Origin: Botryllus schlosseri
Lineage: Eukaryota
NCBI GenBank assembly: GCA_051294905.1
Contig: CM119371.1
Location: 2,976,001 to 3,040,000, forward strand
Length of the DNA stretch: 64,000 bases
Direction of reading: 5' to 3'
Shown: piece after piece, positions 25,647 through 40,100 of the stretch
Layout of the letters: every line of letters begins with the position of its first letter
Position numbering within the stretch: the stretch's first letter is position 1
Notes under the pieces: model-generated
What the model was told of the DNA's origin: nothing
Database searches by the model: none
The model's input: only the letters and a program-made list of their open reading frames with translations
Position numbers and translations under genes: made by a program

Positions 25647-25794
25647 GGAAACTTATGAAAATTATGGAAACTTATGAAACTTATGAAAACTTATGAAACT
25701 TATGAAACTTATGAAAACTTATGAAACTTATGAAACTTATGAAAACTTATGAAACTTATGAAACTTATGAAAACTTATGAAACTTATGAAACTT
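25647..25794 (+). repeat. 9/9/10-bp (28-bp higher-order) tandem array, left TIR inner domain
   Basis: AAACTTATG-AAACTTATG-AAAACTTATG repeated; mirrored at 32041-32157. Confidence 0.95.
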
Positions 25795-26701
25795 GGGTAA
25801 ATTAAGTCAGATTCGATGTTTATTGTGAGACCATTGCCTCGGTATTCGTTACCAAATATGGATTTTTAAATCATGATTGCAATAATGGCAATCAAGATTT
25901 ACATAGACCAGTGGTTGCCAAAATCTTCAACCTCGCGGCACCCTCTGTAAATGGAAAATAGTCAGCGGCACCCTAGCATTATCGACCATTTTTGGCTAGC
26001 AGCACACTGTAAACTACCGGAAGATTTGACAGCACCGATGTTCGATAGACACACGGAGGTGATCTCTGACAAAGCTACTTTACCTATTCGGTGACCGCGA
26101 GTAGGCTTTGCCTTCTTGTAATATACTTAAAACCATGCGGTAACTAGGTGCCAGCACGCCTAATAAGAGAATGCTGGGGACTGTTCTGATTGCAATATGA
26201 ATTTATAAACTTGAACATCGACGACGCTTCATTTCTTGGTGGTAATTAGGAAGGCAATGAGGTTTTGAAAACCGCATTGTTTCACAGGCGCCAGTAGGCC
26301 TATGTCTGCGATCAATCAACGCATCGTACAAAACTGGATTAACCCTTCTCGGCACGCGATACGTCTGGTAAACCGAGTTTGCGTGGATATTGGTTGTCGG
26401 CATGACAGAAGTATTATTTTTACAAATAAATTTCACATTGAGACCGACGGATTATAGTTTAGATCAGTGGTTCCCAAACTTTTTCGGTGTCAGGGCCAAA
26501 TTTAGAATTGCAGAGCAAGGTCGGGGCCGCACGAATACCAGGGCAATTAAACGGACCCAGAATATCATCAAAATATGATGATTGGTCGATGTGCGGTGAT
26601 TCTATCTACAATTCTACATAGGCCTATAATTCTTAAAATTATAATCATTGGGAACAATAAGTAACAACATATTCATAAATCACATATGAGTGTATCACGA
26701 C

Positions 26702-29700
26702 CAGTGGTGGCTTTTGGGGTAGGCGAGGTAGGCGGTCGCCTAGGGCCCCCCTGGTTGATTTACGCGCTTTCGAGGCCCCCCCCCCGCTTCGGTTTACGCG
26801 CTTTTTCCAACTATTTCTCCGGTTTACGTGCTTTTTTCAAGTATTACCATTTTATGAATAACCGCGGAATCCTTGTATCCATAAAGAATATGGTATTGTA
26901 CCATAAAACAGGTCAATCATCAATTCTCATTTTTTAGTAATCATTTTACGAATAACCCCAAAAATCCATGCACCAATGTAGAATATGGTACCGTAAGCAG
27001 TAGTCGATCATTTAATTTCTGCACTAGTTGCAAGAGCTCACTTTGATTTGATGATCTCTATCTATTTTGCCATTAGCTAAAGGGCCCCCCTCCTACATTT
27101 ACGCGAATGTTATCATTTTGCAAATAACTGTGAAAATACATGTACCCATGTAGAATGTAATACCGCACACAGAAGTCAATCATTAAATTACTGCACCCGC
27201 TGAAAGCTTACTTTGATTTTATGAGGGGGCCCCCCATCTTCATTTACGTGATTTTTGGTTATCATTTTACGAATAACCGTGAAAAGATATGTACCCATGT
27301 AGCATATGGTACCGTAAACAGTAGTCGATCATTGAATTTCTGCATCCGCTAAAAGAGCTTACTTTGATTTTATGAGCCCTTCCCCCTACATTTATGCGAA
27401 TTTTAGTTATTATTTTGCGAATAACCGTGAAAATATATGTACCAATGTAAAATATGGTACCGTAAACAGTCGATCATTAAATTTCTGCATCTGCTAAAAG
27501 AGCTTACTTTGATTTTATGAGCCCCCCCCCCTTTACATTTATGCGAATTTTAGTTGTCATTTTACGAGTAAACATGAAAATATATGTACCCATGTAGAAT
27601 ATGGTACCGTAAACAGTAGTCGATCATTAAATTTCTGCACCCGCTAAGAGCTTACTTTGATTTTATGAGCCCCCCCTCCTACATTTATGCCAATTTTAGT
27701 TTATCATTTTGCGAATAACCGTGAAAATACATTTAGGCCTACCCATGTAGAATATTGTACTGTAAACGGTGTTCGATAATTGAATTTCTGTGCTTGTTAA
27801 AAGAATATATACTTCCTAGTGGTAGCAGTGTATATTTCAGTGCATCAAAATTTTCCAGTATAAGTTTGTGAGATTCTACTTGCTAGCTCTTGATGCCAGC
27901 TTTCATATGATACCGTATGTCAATTTATAATGAACCGTGTCCACACTGAGCCTGAATATCCAAAATATCAAAGGAAATAGTCATTTGAAAACCAATGAAA
28001 GCATGTAGGCTATTATAGCCTATATATTGTTGTCTACTGAGCCATTCTCATGCCTCAACATATTAGTTGTGAATTGGGCCTTTTCTGAATGGAAATCCAT
28101 TCTCAGGGTTGTCATGATGGTAAATTTGTTCATTTCTTGTCTGCGGATTGGCAGCGTATTTTCAAAGCTTTACCATGCTAAATGTGCACCTGGTACAGTC
28201 AGTCAGAAAGTGTTTATGGTGTTGTCAGAAAGTGTTTTTTAATCACAGGTGGATGTCTTTTAATTGGTGGTGTACTAAAGATAGATCTTGAATGCAGGAA
28301 AGTTTCTAGCGGCCTGATGCTTGATATTTTATGTCTCAAAAATCTATGTCGATACTTGAAAGGTTTGAATGGCTATCATTGAGAAAGGTGTACGAAAGGC
28401 TACATATATTCAATTTGTTGTGAGGTTGATAATTTAATGTGATGTCACGGAAAAAGACCAAAATGTGACCAAACAATTTAGCAATGGAATCAATTTCAGC
28501 AGCCAGAGGAAAGAATTAAATGATCACAGGGCAAGTTTTTGCAACTTTTTTTACAGCTTCTGGCAGCTTTCTACATACTCGGAAGTTATGTAGTATGGTG
28601 TTTTAAGCTGTTTGGAGGAATCTTATATTGCAACTTTTCTTCATTTTTTCAAGCAACTTTCTGCAGCTTTTCGATTTTTCATGCAACTCACTTTTTACTG
28701 GAAATATTTGGTACTTTATGTAAATAGATCACTTGATTATCATCACTGTCGTTTAAATTTGAGGTCATTTCTTATTTGACATACATTCAGGCTAGACCGC
28801 CGTAAATTATATTACGACTGGGTCAATTTTTTCAGGCTATTGATTTTGTTGGAGGCGCCAACACTGAGTTTTGCGACAGTGCCTTGGATACGCATCGATT
28901 CGAGTATCTCATACCTTAATAATTTCAAGAAACTTATCCATAAATGTAACTTTTTAGTGTAACTTTAGTGAAAAATAAATGTAAAATAAATGCAACTTTT
29001 TACTTCAACTTTTATGAAAAATATGTGCAACTTTCCAAGGATTTGACTGCAACCAAAATTTGCCCTAAGATCAGGTGTTGCATAAGACAATTTTGACCAT
29101 TACACTCTTGAAATGGGCTACCAGTTAAATATAAATATGACTCGGTAAACAGCATATTGAGTAAGGCGCACTCGTCAGTTGACAACCGTACATTTCATTA
29201 GCTACGATGAGTTTGGTATCACTCAGTTATATGTTATGTTGTAATTGGTAGCATCAGTATCTCCTAATTACTGCAGTCAAGTATCTGCTGCAATGCCGCG
29301 AGTACATGCTAAATGTAAGTCAGGATTTTAGAAAAGGAAGTGGTTCAGATTTGGAAAGAAAGTGACAATGCAAATTTTGAACTGCTACACATACACAAAT
29401 ATTTAACCATCTATTTCAGCTCAGGAATGTTCTGCACAAATTGAGGATGATGCTGTTTTTCCACCAACTATATTGCCTTATAGACTTGAATGATGTAACA
29501 GTGCTTTCAAATACGTATATTGTATTTGATTGTAGTGGTCTTTTGTCTATGCTAGTTGTGGCGTTTTAGGTTTAATCCAACGAGGCAAGTTCTTACAGAC
29601 AAAAATATTTTTTCTATAACCTACAATTTTTTCATTAGTGCGTGTTGTTTCTTATGTGTAACTGTTTATTTACAAATTGCGCTGCTACTATACTACCGTA

Positions 29701-30521
29701 TGTCCGTATACTTCAAAGTTTGTTGTTGTTGTCATTGTTACAATGCGAATATCATGGTTTGTGATTTTGATTGTTGCGTCATACTTTGTCGTTTTGGTTT
29801 TGCTTTTAAATCTATTTAAATCCCTTAGGTGTGCAGTTAACTCTTGAAAAGAGGCACCCAAAAATTATCCGAGTTCAATAAATATTATATTACAATGGAT
29901 GTTGTATTGAAAGCTATATTCTTACAGATCGTGGAACTAGCTCTTCACAGGTGATACCAGTACTGATGTGTTCCTGTGGTATTACTGGTGTTGTACCACA
30001 ACCACATTGCCACACATTTTGCTTTTATGCCTTATCATGCAACAAAATCTTCTTTGTAGCAAAAAGTTAGGCCCAATCCAGCACCAGGCTGAAACCTTGA
30101 CGTGGTGTGCTGGCTTATTACTAATGTCAGCCTACAGCTTTCTGGATTTATGTGGTATATTTGGCGTGCAGTTGCCTTGTTATACTATGATGTCATGCTA
30201 CATCCCATAATTCTTCTAAATAGGTGGGTCTCGACACGCGCTATAGTTCACTTGAGTCACTTGTTTTCGAATATGCCAAGTCGTTTATTGTACTGTGGCA
30301 TGACATTGTAATTATTTTATATGCTGAAAGTTTTATCATGATGTACAGACAAAGCACTACCGGAACAGTGTATACGTTTAGTAGAACAATAAAAGTATCG
30401 CTAAGCGGTAGTGAGGGGTGGTCTGGGGGGCGCAGCCCCCCATAAGTTGCGATAATATAGATAAGGAGGGCCCCCCCTGGAAGTTTCGCCTAGGGCCCCC
30501 CCAATCGTAAGGCCACCACTG
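26702..30521. mobile_element. 3.8-kb non-autonomous hAT element inside the foldback
   Basis: CAGTGGTGGC...GCCACCACTG TIRs; gcctagggcccc subterminal motifs; perfect TSD ATCACGAC (26694-26701, 30522-30529); no intact transposase ORF. Confidence 0.9.
26830..27790 (+). repeat. ~148-bp tandem minisatellite, 6-7 copies
   Basis: ggtaccgtaaac marker at 27308, 27456 and 27603; units separated by C-runs. Confidence 0.9.
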
Positions 30522-30529
30522 ATCACGAC

Positions 30530-31063
30530 TAGGGGTGGGCAAAATCGAGTATCTGAGTGACTCGATTCTGAATCACGTAAAATGTTTCGAGTCGAGTCGA
30601 GTATTCGAGTATCACTCATTATGACGTCATAACAAAACGTAGTATGTCCAAGATCAAATGAGTACCCTTTGTACCACCACAAAGATTATATAATGCCTGT
30701 TATCCATCTCATTAAAGATAGTTTGGTATTTTTCGGCCACACGGGTTAATTGCACTTTGTGACAATGTTGTGGAATGATCATGACTTCGTAAATGTGTTA
30801 TTTTCAGTAACGTTCGTATAGCTTTGTACTGTCTGGGATGCTGCGATACGGCCATTCAAGGTTTCAAGGCTACCACAGGCGAAAATGGTATCGAAACTAT
30901 AATTGTCGTTGATAAATTAACTTGCAGTGGCGAGGAGTGTATAATTTTATTACTCGAAAAAATCGACTTCTACTACTCGACTCGAATCATTGAAATTATT
31001 ACTCGATTCAGATTCGATTACTCGATTCAGATTCGAGTACTCGAATCATTATGCCCAGCCCTA
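30530..31063. mobile_element. hAT MITE (TAGGGCTGGGCA TIR)
   Basis: TSD ATCACGAC on both sides; full copy at 59644-60158 and 5'-truncated copy at ~35690-36020. Confidence 0.92.
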
Positions 31064-34000
31064 ATCACGACTTCGCGAGTATCTTCAATAATATCGCGAA
31101 CCGAAAAGGTTGTCTTAAAGCATAGTTTAAGTTTATCTAAATACTTGAGTGGCATTGACGTCGACTATTATTTCCAAAGATACCAATTCAGCGTCAATCA
31201 GCAAACGCGACTGTGTCGCAATCTTCATATGCCAAATTGCTAACGCGTGACCCAATTTGATTGCCGCGCGGGGAAAGCTCGAGATTGCGCAATGTGCACA
31301 ATATCTCAGATGCGCTGGTAGACGTCTCATTGTTTTGATGTACTGTTCTTCACAACAGATTAAATAAAAATGCTAACTCTCCGGACGAAGCTTTAATTCT
31401 TCCACAATTACGAACAATGTTTATGTAAATTGCATCGTTAATTTAGGAGAATACCAGATACCCTGATCCCGACATGATTGTCTACTTAGAGCGAAATGCT
31501 GGAAATCTCTAATTTATTTTTGATATTTTTTCTATGCTTTACAATTTTGAATCTAATCTACTTCTGGTTTTCCGGAAAATAGTACTGAACTGTATAGTCC
31601 GGAACGAGCCGAGGTTGTTGTACAGACATTTGCCATTCTCGTGCTTATAACAAAGAGCTCTGACTTAATTGTTATTAACTGAATTTATCTCAATTTCCAC
31701 AACTGGTCGTGAAAATTATCCGATTCATCCAACTTCACACTGACAACGCCCACGGTTTTCACTTGGCATTCGAAATAAATTTAAGCAAAGTAAAGGTGAA
31801 TGAGCCCACTATAATTCACGGTAATAAATGTTTTCTCTCCAGTCAGGTTTATATAATATAGGATGAAGCGGGTGCGGACGGTTTCAACTAAAATTGATTG
31901 ATTTTTTGGCTTGTATTCATTATATCATTGCAATTGTTGCTTTACAATTTTTTTTTTTAAATTCTCTACTAGCTACTGACGATTACCCCTGACGTGTTTC
32001 AGCCGAAAATAATCTTGTTCATTTCAATAGGAAGATATTCTTTCATAAGTTTCATAAGTTTTCATAAGTTTCATAAGTTTTCATAAGTTTCATAAGTTTC
32101 ATAAGTTTTCATAAGTTTCATAAGTTTCATAAGTTTCCATAATTTTCATAATTTTCCTAGCACAAAATAAAGGCACCCACCATTCAGTGTGTGTTAAATT
32201 ATCGGGGTTATCGGTGTAGGGACTGGATATCGGCTTCATTGGTATCGGCTCAGAAATTCAATATCGGTCGGGCTCTAGTGTTAATCACTAAGCTATATTA
32301 GTTTGTAGATGAAACCATAGTGTCCTATTTGGTGTGGACACAAGCAAATCTCACGACATGAATTGAACATTCATGAACAATACAGAGTGCGATATTATAC
32401 CGGGTAGTAACGCACAACACTGCTAATTATTACGTCACAGATATTAGCTATTGCATTGCGTGATGAATTATTATCCGCACATAGTATAGGATGTTCGTGA
32501 AGTAGCCCATTATTGTGATTGTAAGAACACCTGCCATGCAGTATGTCAGGTCAATACACTCCAAATGCGAGTACCTCGCCGCAGCAGGATAATAATAACC
32601 CCATACAGGGCCATAACAGCACTTCATCAGCCCCCCTCCCCCATAAAAAACGTGGGTCTTGGGCCCCCAATATGATGATAAACCGAACTTCAGGTTATAC
32701 GCTGTCGACCGTGATTGAATCGGTCAATATGACCGGGAATTGCATATATAGTGCAATCAATATTTATCCTCTCTCTGCTCACGTAATCAGATTTACAGGA
32801 AAAGCTGAGTGAGGTATGTTTGAAAAGGTACGACCGCTCAATAATAATTAAACATCTTCGGGCGTAGCCTACCCGTTGGCAGGAACGAAACAGTATCCAC
32901 TTCGTCAACAGAACAAAAAAAGTTGGGTCTTGGGCGCCCATAGGGTGATTAACCGATCACGTTGTTCGCTTTGGCCACGAAATTAGTCGTACTGTTCAGT
33001 GATACAGCGCGATGCTCGAAAATTTACGATAATTCATGATAAAAATATGTCAATATAAGATAGGGAATTGCATTAATTGCTATCAATTTCTTGTCCTCTC
33101 TGCTAACGTAATCAGATTTACCGGTAGAGCTCAGAGAGGCGTCTTGAAAACAGTAGGGCCTGGTTGGTATGGACTCCGTAACATGATGTTACTTCGTGAC
33201 CTCCTTCCTGTCTGCTATATCAAACAATATAGAATCGCCCAAACGAAGGCTACTAAGCTAAAAGACGCACACGATTTCAAATTGGTATTTGTTAACTGGC
33301 ACATAATTTTTCCCTGCAGGATGGTGTTTGTCTTGTGAGGTTCAGATAGCCGAGACAGGAACATTCGGCACCAGTCATTTAGGCGCCTATGGACAATTAA
33401 ACCTATCTGCCTACATTTTGTATATATAACGAAGTTTTCGTTCAGTATAAGGGCAGCCATTCTCGGCCAAGGTTTTCTCGCTGCCGATAGTCCCGGCACA
33501 GTTCTTGTATTCGCATGTTACATGGCCGAAAACCTAATATGTCTTGGTGCATCGTGACGCGGTGATGGCCAACGCCGATATGCCTATATTTCTATAAATT
33601 TTGTGTACTTTAACTTGGGGTGAAAGTACCCTACAATCAAGATACCCGATAACTTGAAATCGCGCCGGACGTGGAAAATTTTTGAAAAATTGCCTAAATT
33701 TTCAAAAAATTCTCTTTAATTTAGGCTAATTCAGGAAATAATTTTGGGCACCTCCGAGCTCGCCCCCCAATTGGGAGGGGGGTGGGTTGGGTGCGACAGT
33801 TACGGTCCTGCCACCCTTCCTAGTTTCAAATGCTAACATATGTATTGATGTTTGGTTGTGCTTAGTTAAACGCAGTTTGACCGTTGCTGCTTGGTGAACA
33901 GAAGGCCTATGTATTTACGTACAACGGCATACGATTTGACATCTTGTTTTCATCAAATGAAACATTTCGATTTCCAGATCGAAGCAGCAAAAACCAACAG

Positions 34001-36339
34001 CTGCTTGTATAAATATATATAATATGGTAATTGGTAACCCTAGCCTATTGCTTATTGTGCACTGTCCATAGGCGGCAGGAGGGGAATAGTCTCGCGATTG
34101 CTATCCGAAGTCACTGCCTACCTCAGATCTATCAGTAATTCTGATCTAGTGGACTTGGTGACGATGAAAAATTATTATTATTAGCAATAAATGCAATTAC
34201 CAATATTTTAGACGCAATTCGATCCTTGAAATGAAATTTTCGGCACGCACAGAAATTATCCCATATAACAGTAAAACGTCCCTCTCTGTTGGTGACAGAA
34301 AGGCTCGCTGTGAAGTTTAGTTTATGATCATGTTGGGGCCAAACATCGGGTGATTAGTTCATGAGTGTAATCGATTGCGATTACGATTACTTCTGAATCT
34401 CGCGTTTACGATTACGATACAACAAAAGCTCGCAGTAATCAATTACAGTTACGATTACATTGGAAAAGTAATCACAATTACTCGCGATTAAATTTATTTT
34501 CCATATTAGAATTTATCTTTGCACACATATTGAAGACAATATTACGATTGCGATGAAGGGTCTCATGTGTGAGAGCAACTTTCTATGAGACATCATTACA
34601 TCACTTGCTGTTTACGTCATAATATATCCATTGCTCGACTATATAGCTGACTATTTCACGCACCCAACGATTTGCATTCTAGTCAGGGCCGTAACCAAAA
34701 TTACCAATAGGTTAGGGAGAAAGCTCGAAGAGGACACAAAGTTATTTCCTAAATCAACACACATAATTAATAGAGTGTTCTCGAGAGATTGATTGTCGCT
34801 GAATATCTTGATTTTGAAATGCATACTTCTCGGCCTCAAGAGAAAATATTCATAATTTTTAGAAATAGGCATTTCGGTGCCGGCCATTACCGTGCCACGA
34901 CACATCCAAGATATATGCAGTTTCGGTCAACATGTGACTTCACGAAGTGTGGTATAAAAAAGCCATTGGCTGAAGCTTTGTAAGATCAGTACAGATTTAG
35001 CAGATCCAATAGTTTGTACAAGTCTGGTTGCAGCGAGGAACAATGGAATGAATTAGGCATAGACGCGGCAACATATGTTATCCTCACCATTCAGCGCATT
35101 GAAATTTTTTTCCATCTTCAGAGGTCTTGAATTGGATGAAGCACATCTGTTGGACAATTCAAGGGCGGAGTTGATGAAGATCTGAATGCATGACGTCAAA
35201 AACGTGACAGCAACGCATGCAAATTCACGAATATATGGGCGAGTTGTACAATGTGCATGCACATTATCACTAGGCCTACACAACTAATAGTCAGGTATAT
35301 AGAGACACTACAGTGAATATATTGATCTGGGATATATCTATCCCTTGATGGCGTGCATACTAGTTGAAGAGCCATGAAAGGCCAATGTTTAAACAACAAA
35401 CATAAGACTACATTGTCCCTTATAACATCTGTACTTATCGTGAACCAGGTTTTGTATTTATAGTGAAAAATTTCGCGCCGTCGTATCGTGATATCACAAA
35501 ATATCGAAGGGAGCAATGAGAATGCTAGCAATCTCAAAGGATAGTTTGATGGCATTGAAGGTTACGAGATAATTCTCAAATATGAAATCCGGGACAGAGC
35601 AATAACCACGAATTGTACGTAAATCGTAAGGAACGCGAAAAAATTTTCAGTTAACAGGGAACTTCGATTCAGGTCGAGTAATAGAGTGCCACTCAAAGTT
35701 CAAATATGTACTGATTATGCTACTACAATGAATATAATGCCTGTTATCCATCTCATAAAAGATACTTCTGTACTTTTTCGACCATACCGATTATATTCCA
35801 CTTGCTGATTATGTTGTAGAATAATCATGCTTACGGAAATGAGCTGCGTCCAGTCACCTTCGTAGCTTTGCAATAGCCTATATGTTTCGTATGCTGAGAT
35901 ACAGCCAATCATGCTTTCAACAGTACAATTTAGTATGGAAACTTTAATTCTTGTTGATAAATTAGCTTTTAGTATCAAGGAGCGTATAATTTCAGTACTC
36001 GAATCATTGTGCCCAGCCTTGTTTATTGGTCATCACGTGTCATAAATAGGAGTGTGCAGAAGTGATCAACTTCTACTTTTAGTCATCATGATACCAAATT
36101 TTGTTGTTTGGGGTCGACGCAATGACCGAACAAGATTTAGGGGCCCACACACTAGATAAAAGGTTAAAACACACTGCACTAGACTCCGGGATTAATCCAA
36201 TATAATATAACAGATTATCGAGAAGTTAAATAGTTGACTTTCGGAGATACCAGATTCATTTTCGCCAGCACCATCGAGATGCTTCAACGCTGGAAATGCG
36301 ATTCGACCTGCAAGCAAGGACATATAGTCTGCACCAACC

Positions 36340-36500
36340 CTTCTTCTCCTCCATGCTATCCGTGGATGCTGAACGCCTAGCAGGATAGCCACCTATACCA
36401 GTTTTTGAGTCTTCGGTCCTTCATGGCCGATGATCGAATCCACAACCCGCCGATCAAAAAGCCGTACGCATCACCATTGCGCTATCTAGCTCGGAGACCA
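36340..36500 (-). mobile_element. tRNA-derived SINE
   Basis: A-box TAGCGCAATGG and B-box-like GGATTCGATC, followed by a GAAGACTCAAAAACTGGTAT...CCTGCTAGGCGTTCAGCA body. Confidence 0.6.
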
Positions 36501-36994
36501 GGGATGATATGAGGCAGTAGACTGAAAATGGTTGAAAACATTTCAAATGTATGTAGCCAAATGTAGCCTAACCTATTTCTTTGTACAGAGATGGTCTACT
36601 CCAACGCTTCGAAACACATTTTCAATATGACCCATCAACAAAATAATTGGAATCCGTAAAATATTGTGGCCAAAACAAATTGAGGGCTCTTATATTTGGC
36701 GTCAAGGTCGAGGACTGCATCGCACATATTACTCACCATGTTAGTAATAAGATGAGGAGTCAGTCCGCACCACACAAGAATCTCGTACATGAGATTTATA
36801 TTTCAAATCTAGATAGTTGACAGTATACTAACTACTGGATTTTTACAGCAGGCCTAGTTCTAGTTCTAGCCACAAGTTTTGAAAATGACTAGTCCTGGTT
36901 CCAGTTTTGTGATTTAAAAACCAGGTAGTTGGTACAAGTCTGGCGGACTGCCGACCACTGATGCAATGACACACATGTTACAAAATAATCTCAC

Positions 36995-37130
36995 CTTGGC
37001 GTCGTAAATCTGTCCATACTCCGAGAAAGCTTTCTCCGAACTGTCATCCGAAACTTGACAGATTTCGAACTAACACCATCCATCCTTTATGAACATCGTT
37101 TCACGTCTTGGGATCGTGTTTCTCCTTCAA
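36995..37130 (-). pseudogene. disabled RRM exon (resembles RBM28 RRM2)
   Basis: LKEKHDPKT*NDVHKGWMVLVRNLS/fs/SDDSSEKAFSEYGQIYDAK; ttttcaag| acceptor and AAG|GTGAGA donor; TGA at 37101-37103; frameshift near 37050 consistent with a 5-nt deletion. Confidence 0.7.
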
Positions 37131-40100
37131 CTTGAAAACTAAAAGCAATCAAGCACTAAGACCATGCACCAACAGTATACGCTTGAAATGCCATACGGCA
37201 ACTACGGAATACTGCGCGAGTAGCAATAATCTCGGCAAATATACCGACGTAAGAGACAAGGCGCTAATTTTCGTTTGTACATTCATATAACGTTGAATTG
37301 CATAAAATCCTGAGGCGGTTTCACGATATCTGGAAGAACGGGTCAAATATTTGTGAGGGATGTATAGAGCAGACAACCGGATGGATATTGATGCTGACAC
37401 AGATGCTACTAACTTAGAATAATGGGATATCGGAAGTTAGAGACGATATAATAGTCTCTAGTAGAGTTGAGATAGTAGGTACCGTTGATGCTATTCAAGT
37501 AGATTGGTGAAATGGTTATTGGCAGGTTCGAGATTGTTACTGAAATTGATGCTTCTCAAGTATAGTTGCGACATTGTCAATCAGTGGCATTGTCAACATT
37601 GAGCACATATCTACATCCGCCTTTTTGACAACATTGAGCACATATCTACATCCGCCTTTTAACGGGTCTCCAGTGTCACTTTGAAATAAGATTTTGTGGT
37701 ATCGAGAGAGACACCTGAAAATGTGTAGTTTGTAAATACAAAAGTCATATATATATAAGAAGAGGTCTTGTAAATGTGTTATGAGCTAGAGAATCACAGA
37801 TTGTTTTCACGCAGCCATGCACTGCACTGCATCATAATTACTGATTCGAACAAGGAGAGAGGAAATCCTTCGAATAATTCGAGTTTTTCGTTGTCTCGAC
37901 CCAAGTCATTTACTTGGAAAATGGAAATTGCAAATGACTCAACTCGACTGGAGAAACTTTTTGTATTTACTCGAATTGTGCTCGAGTAGTCATGGTGCAT
38001 GATTCGACAAACTCCGATGACTCGAAAAATTCTATATGACTTGAATCAGGTTGTGGAACTGTTTGAGAGTCGTGTCTAGTCATGAATCGAGTTATTACAA
38101 GTCTGAATTTGCTTCTGTTCAAATTTCATTATCTGCTAATAGAGAAGTTGATTCTTACAATTTTGAAAAATTACTGGCAAAATTATTACCAAAAGGCTAA
38201 GCAAAAGCCTGAGGCACATTGCCTCAATATGCTTAATAATACTACTGACACCGGTACTGTTCAGAAATACTGAATTTAAATATTACTTCAAGTAGTTCAT
38301 AACAAGTCTTGTAAATCGCTTGTAATTGCCTAAAAATGAACAGCATTACTGCTACTTCAATCGCCAGATAGTGTATGGCTAGAGCCAGGTTTGCAATGAC
38401 TCCAACCGAGTCGGACTCGAGTCAATATCTTAATATTGGATATCGACTCGATTCGAGTCACTTTGTCCGTTGACTCGAAGCGAGTCATTTTTTAATTTTA
38501 AGATAATGACTGTAAGTCATTTAAAAAATTGCAAACCTACCGTTTAGTGAATTTATTGAAAAGTTTGAGAACCACATGGTTACAAGATCATGTGATGCAG
38601 CTTCAATCTCGATGCCAATCCCAATTGTGTCTTGAAACGTATGTCACGGTATTAAACTAAACTGGTGTCACAATGGAAAATACCGTTACTTGAAAGTTGA
38701 AAAATTGCTTGAATCTGATCCACAGAAAGACCTCGTCTGTAATGGCAAAGAAAAGACAAGTCGGTTAATAAACCATTCAAATTCAAACTTTACAGTCAGC
38801 CAATGTGTTGAGACTTTTGTAATAGGCAAAAGCAATCATATCAGTCGTGGCGTCACATAATCAAAAAAAGGCTTAAATCGGAATCATTGATATGGCGATG
38901 AAAGAAAATCAGAACTTACCCATACGGCACCTTTCAGCCTGTTAGACATTGATGTTCGTCAGATTGATCGGCTGAGATTGCCGTACGAATCTCTTTTATT
39001 ATCCAACTGATGAAGCATCGGAGGAATAGGACTTAAAATGAATGTCATGTGATGATCTTCCATGAGCAAGGTCTCTATTAGAAGAATGAGGACATGAAAA
39101 TTTGACAAGGTCATACCATTTCCCACACACATGATGTAGGCTACTATGCAGAAAGTATGGCATAATTAGATATCGGAGAGGTGAGAAGTGTGCGATATGA
39201 CTTCTTACTGACAATGATAGCATACATTAGCACATTGTATTCGAAGACTCAACACACCATGAACAGCATACACACAACTCATAATCTAATAACAGTAGTT
39301 TCATATAGAGAATGTGACTTAAAAGTATCCACTGAGACTGACAGATCAAACTAACGTAGCATGTGGCTGTTTAATTATGGAAGACACTGATTCTTCTATT
39401 TGTAAGACTACTCACACTCATTGGCAACCATTAGATGCACTTCATCCTTTTTTTGAAGTTTCATTCCAAGCGGACGTCCTTGACAGTTGGAGAGGGACAT
39501 CTGAGAATATTAAGTGCATTAAAGATAAATGGCTCTTATATGAATGTGTCCTGATCAATAGATTCACTGATTGTTTCCAGAACGTTATACACTGCATTAC
39601 TAAATCTGATTTATAGTAGAGAAAAGAAATAATTCACATATTTTGATTTTTTGTCAACTTGACTCGCCTCGAGTCATTTCCGTGGACAATGGAAATGGCA
39701 AATGACTCCAGTTCACTTGAGACACTTTGTGTGTGGACTCAATTTGTAGGCCTACTGCAGTCATTACGCATGTATCCATGAATTTATATGACTCAGACAT
39801 TCCATATTACTTGATTCAAGTGTCTTTTATCAGGATCAATACTTGAAAAATGGGCATTAAATTGTCTGAGATTCGAGTCAAGTCAAGTCCTGACTCGAGT
39901 CACTACCAGCCTGAATAAAGCCAATGCATGTTTATAAAAGGATAGTGCATCGAAAATCTTGCCTATTTGCGTTGCTGTTGTTCATTATCAATTAATCGAG
40001 AAGATGATTCTAGTCATTTCCAAAGCTATTACTGGCAAATTATTATTAAAAATATGCGACACATTCAGTCAATCTATTCAGTAAAACAACATACTCGGGT

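Larger units (their letters stand above)
25626..32178. mobile_element. Foldback-type (MULE-like) composite element, 6553 bp
   Basis: Both ends start GGGTGCCTTTATTTTGTGCTAGGAAA followed by (AAACTTATG/AAAACTTATG)n in inverted orientation; 9-bp TSD ACCATTCAA (25617-25625) / ACCATTCAG (32179-32187). Confidence 0.9.

Noticed and set aside
26830-27790. CRISPR-like array
   Set aside because: Whole units are homologous with no unique spacers, there are no cas genes, and the context is eukaryotic.
28000-29450. Possible transposase or zinc-finger relic inside the 3.8-kb hAT element
   Set aside because: Stops in all frames and no motif that could be named with confidence.
36340-36500. tRNA gene (also 13400-13580)
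   Set aside because: Only degenerate A/B boxes are present and no cloverleaf; better explained as SINE heads.
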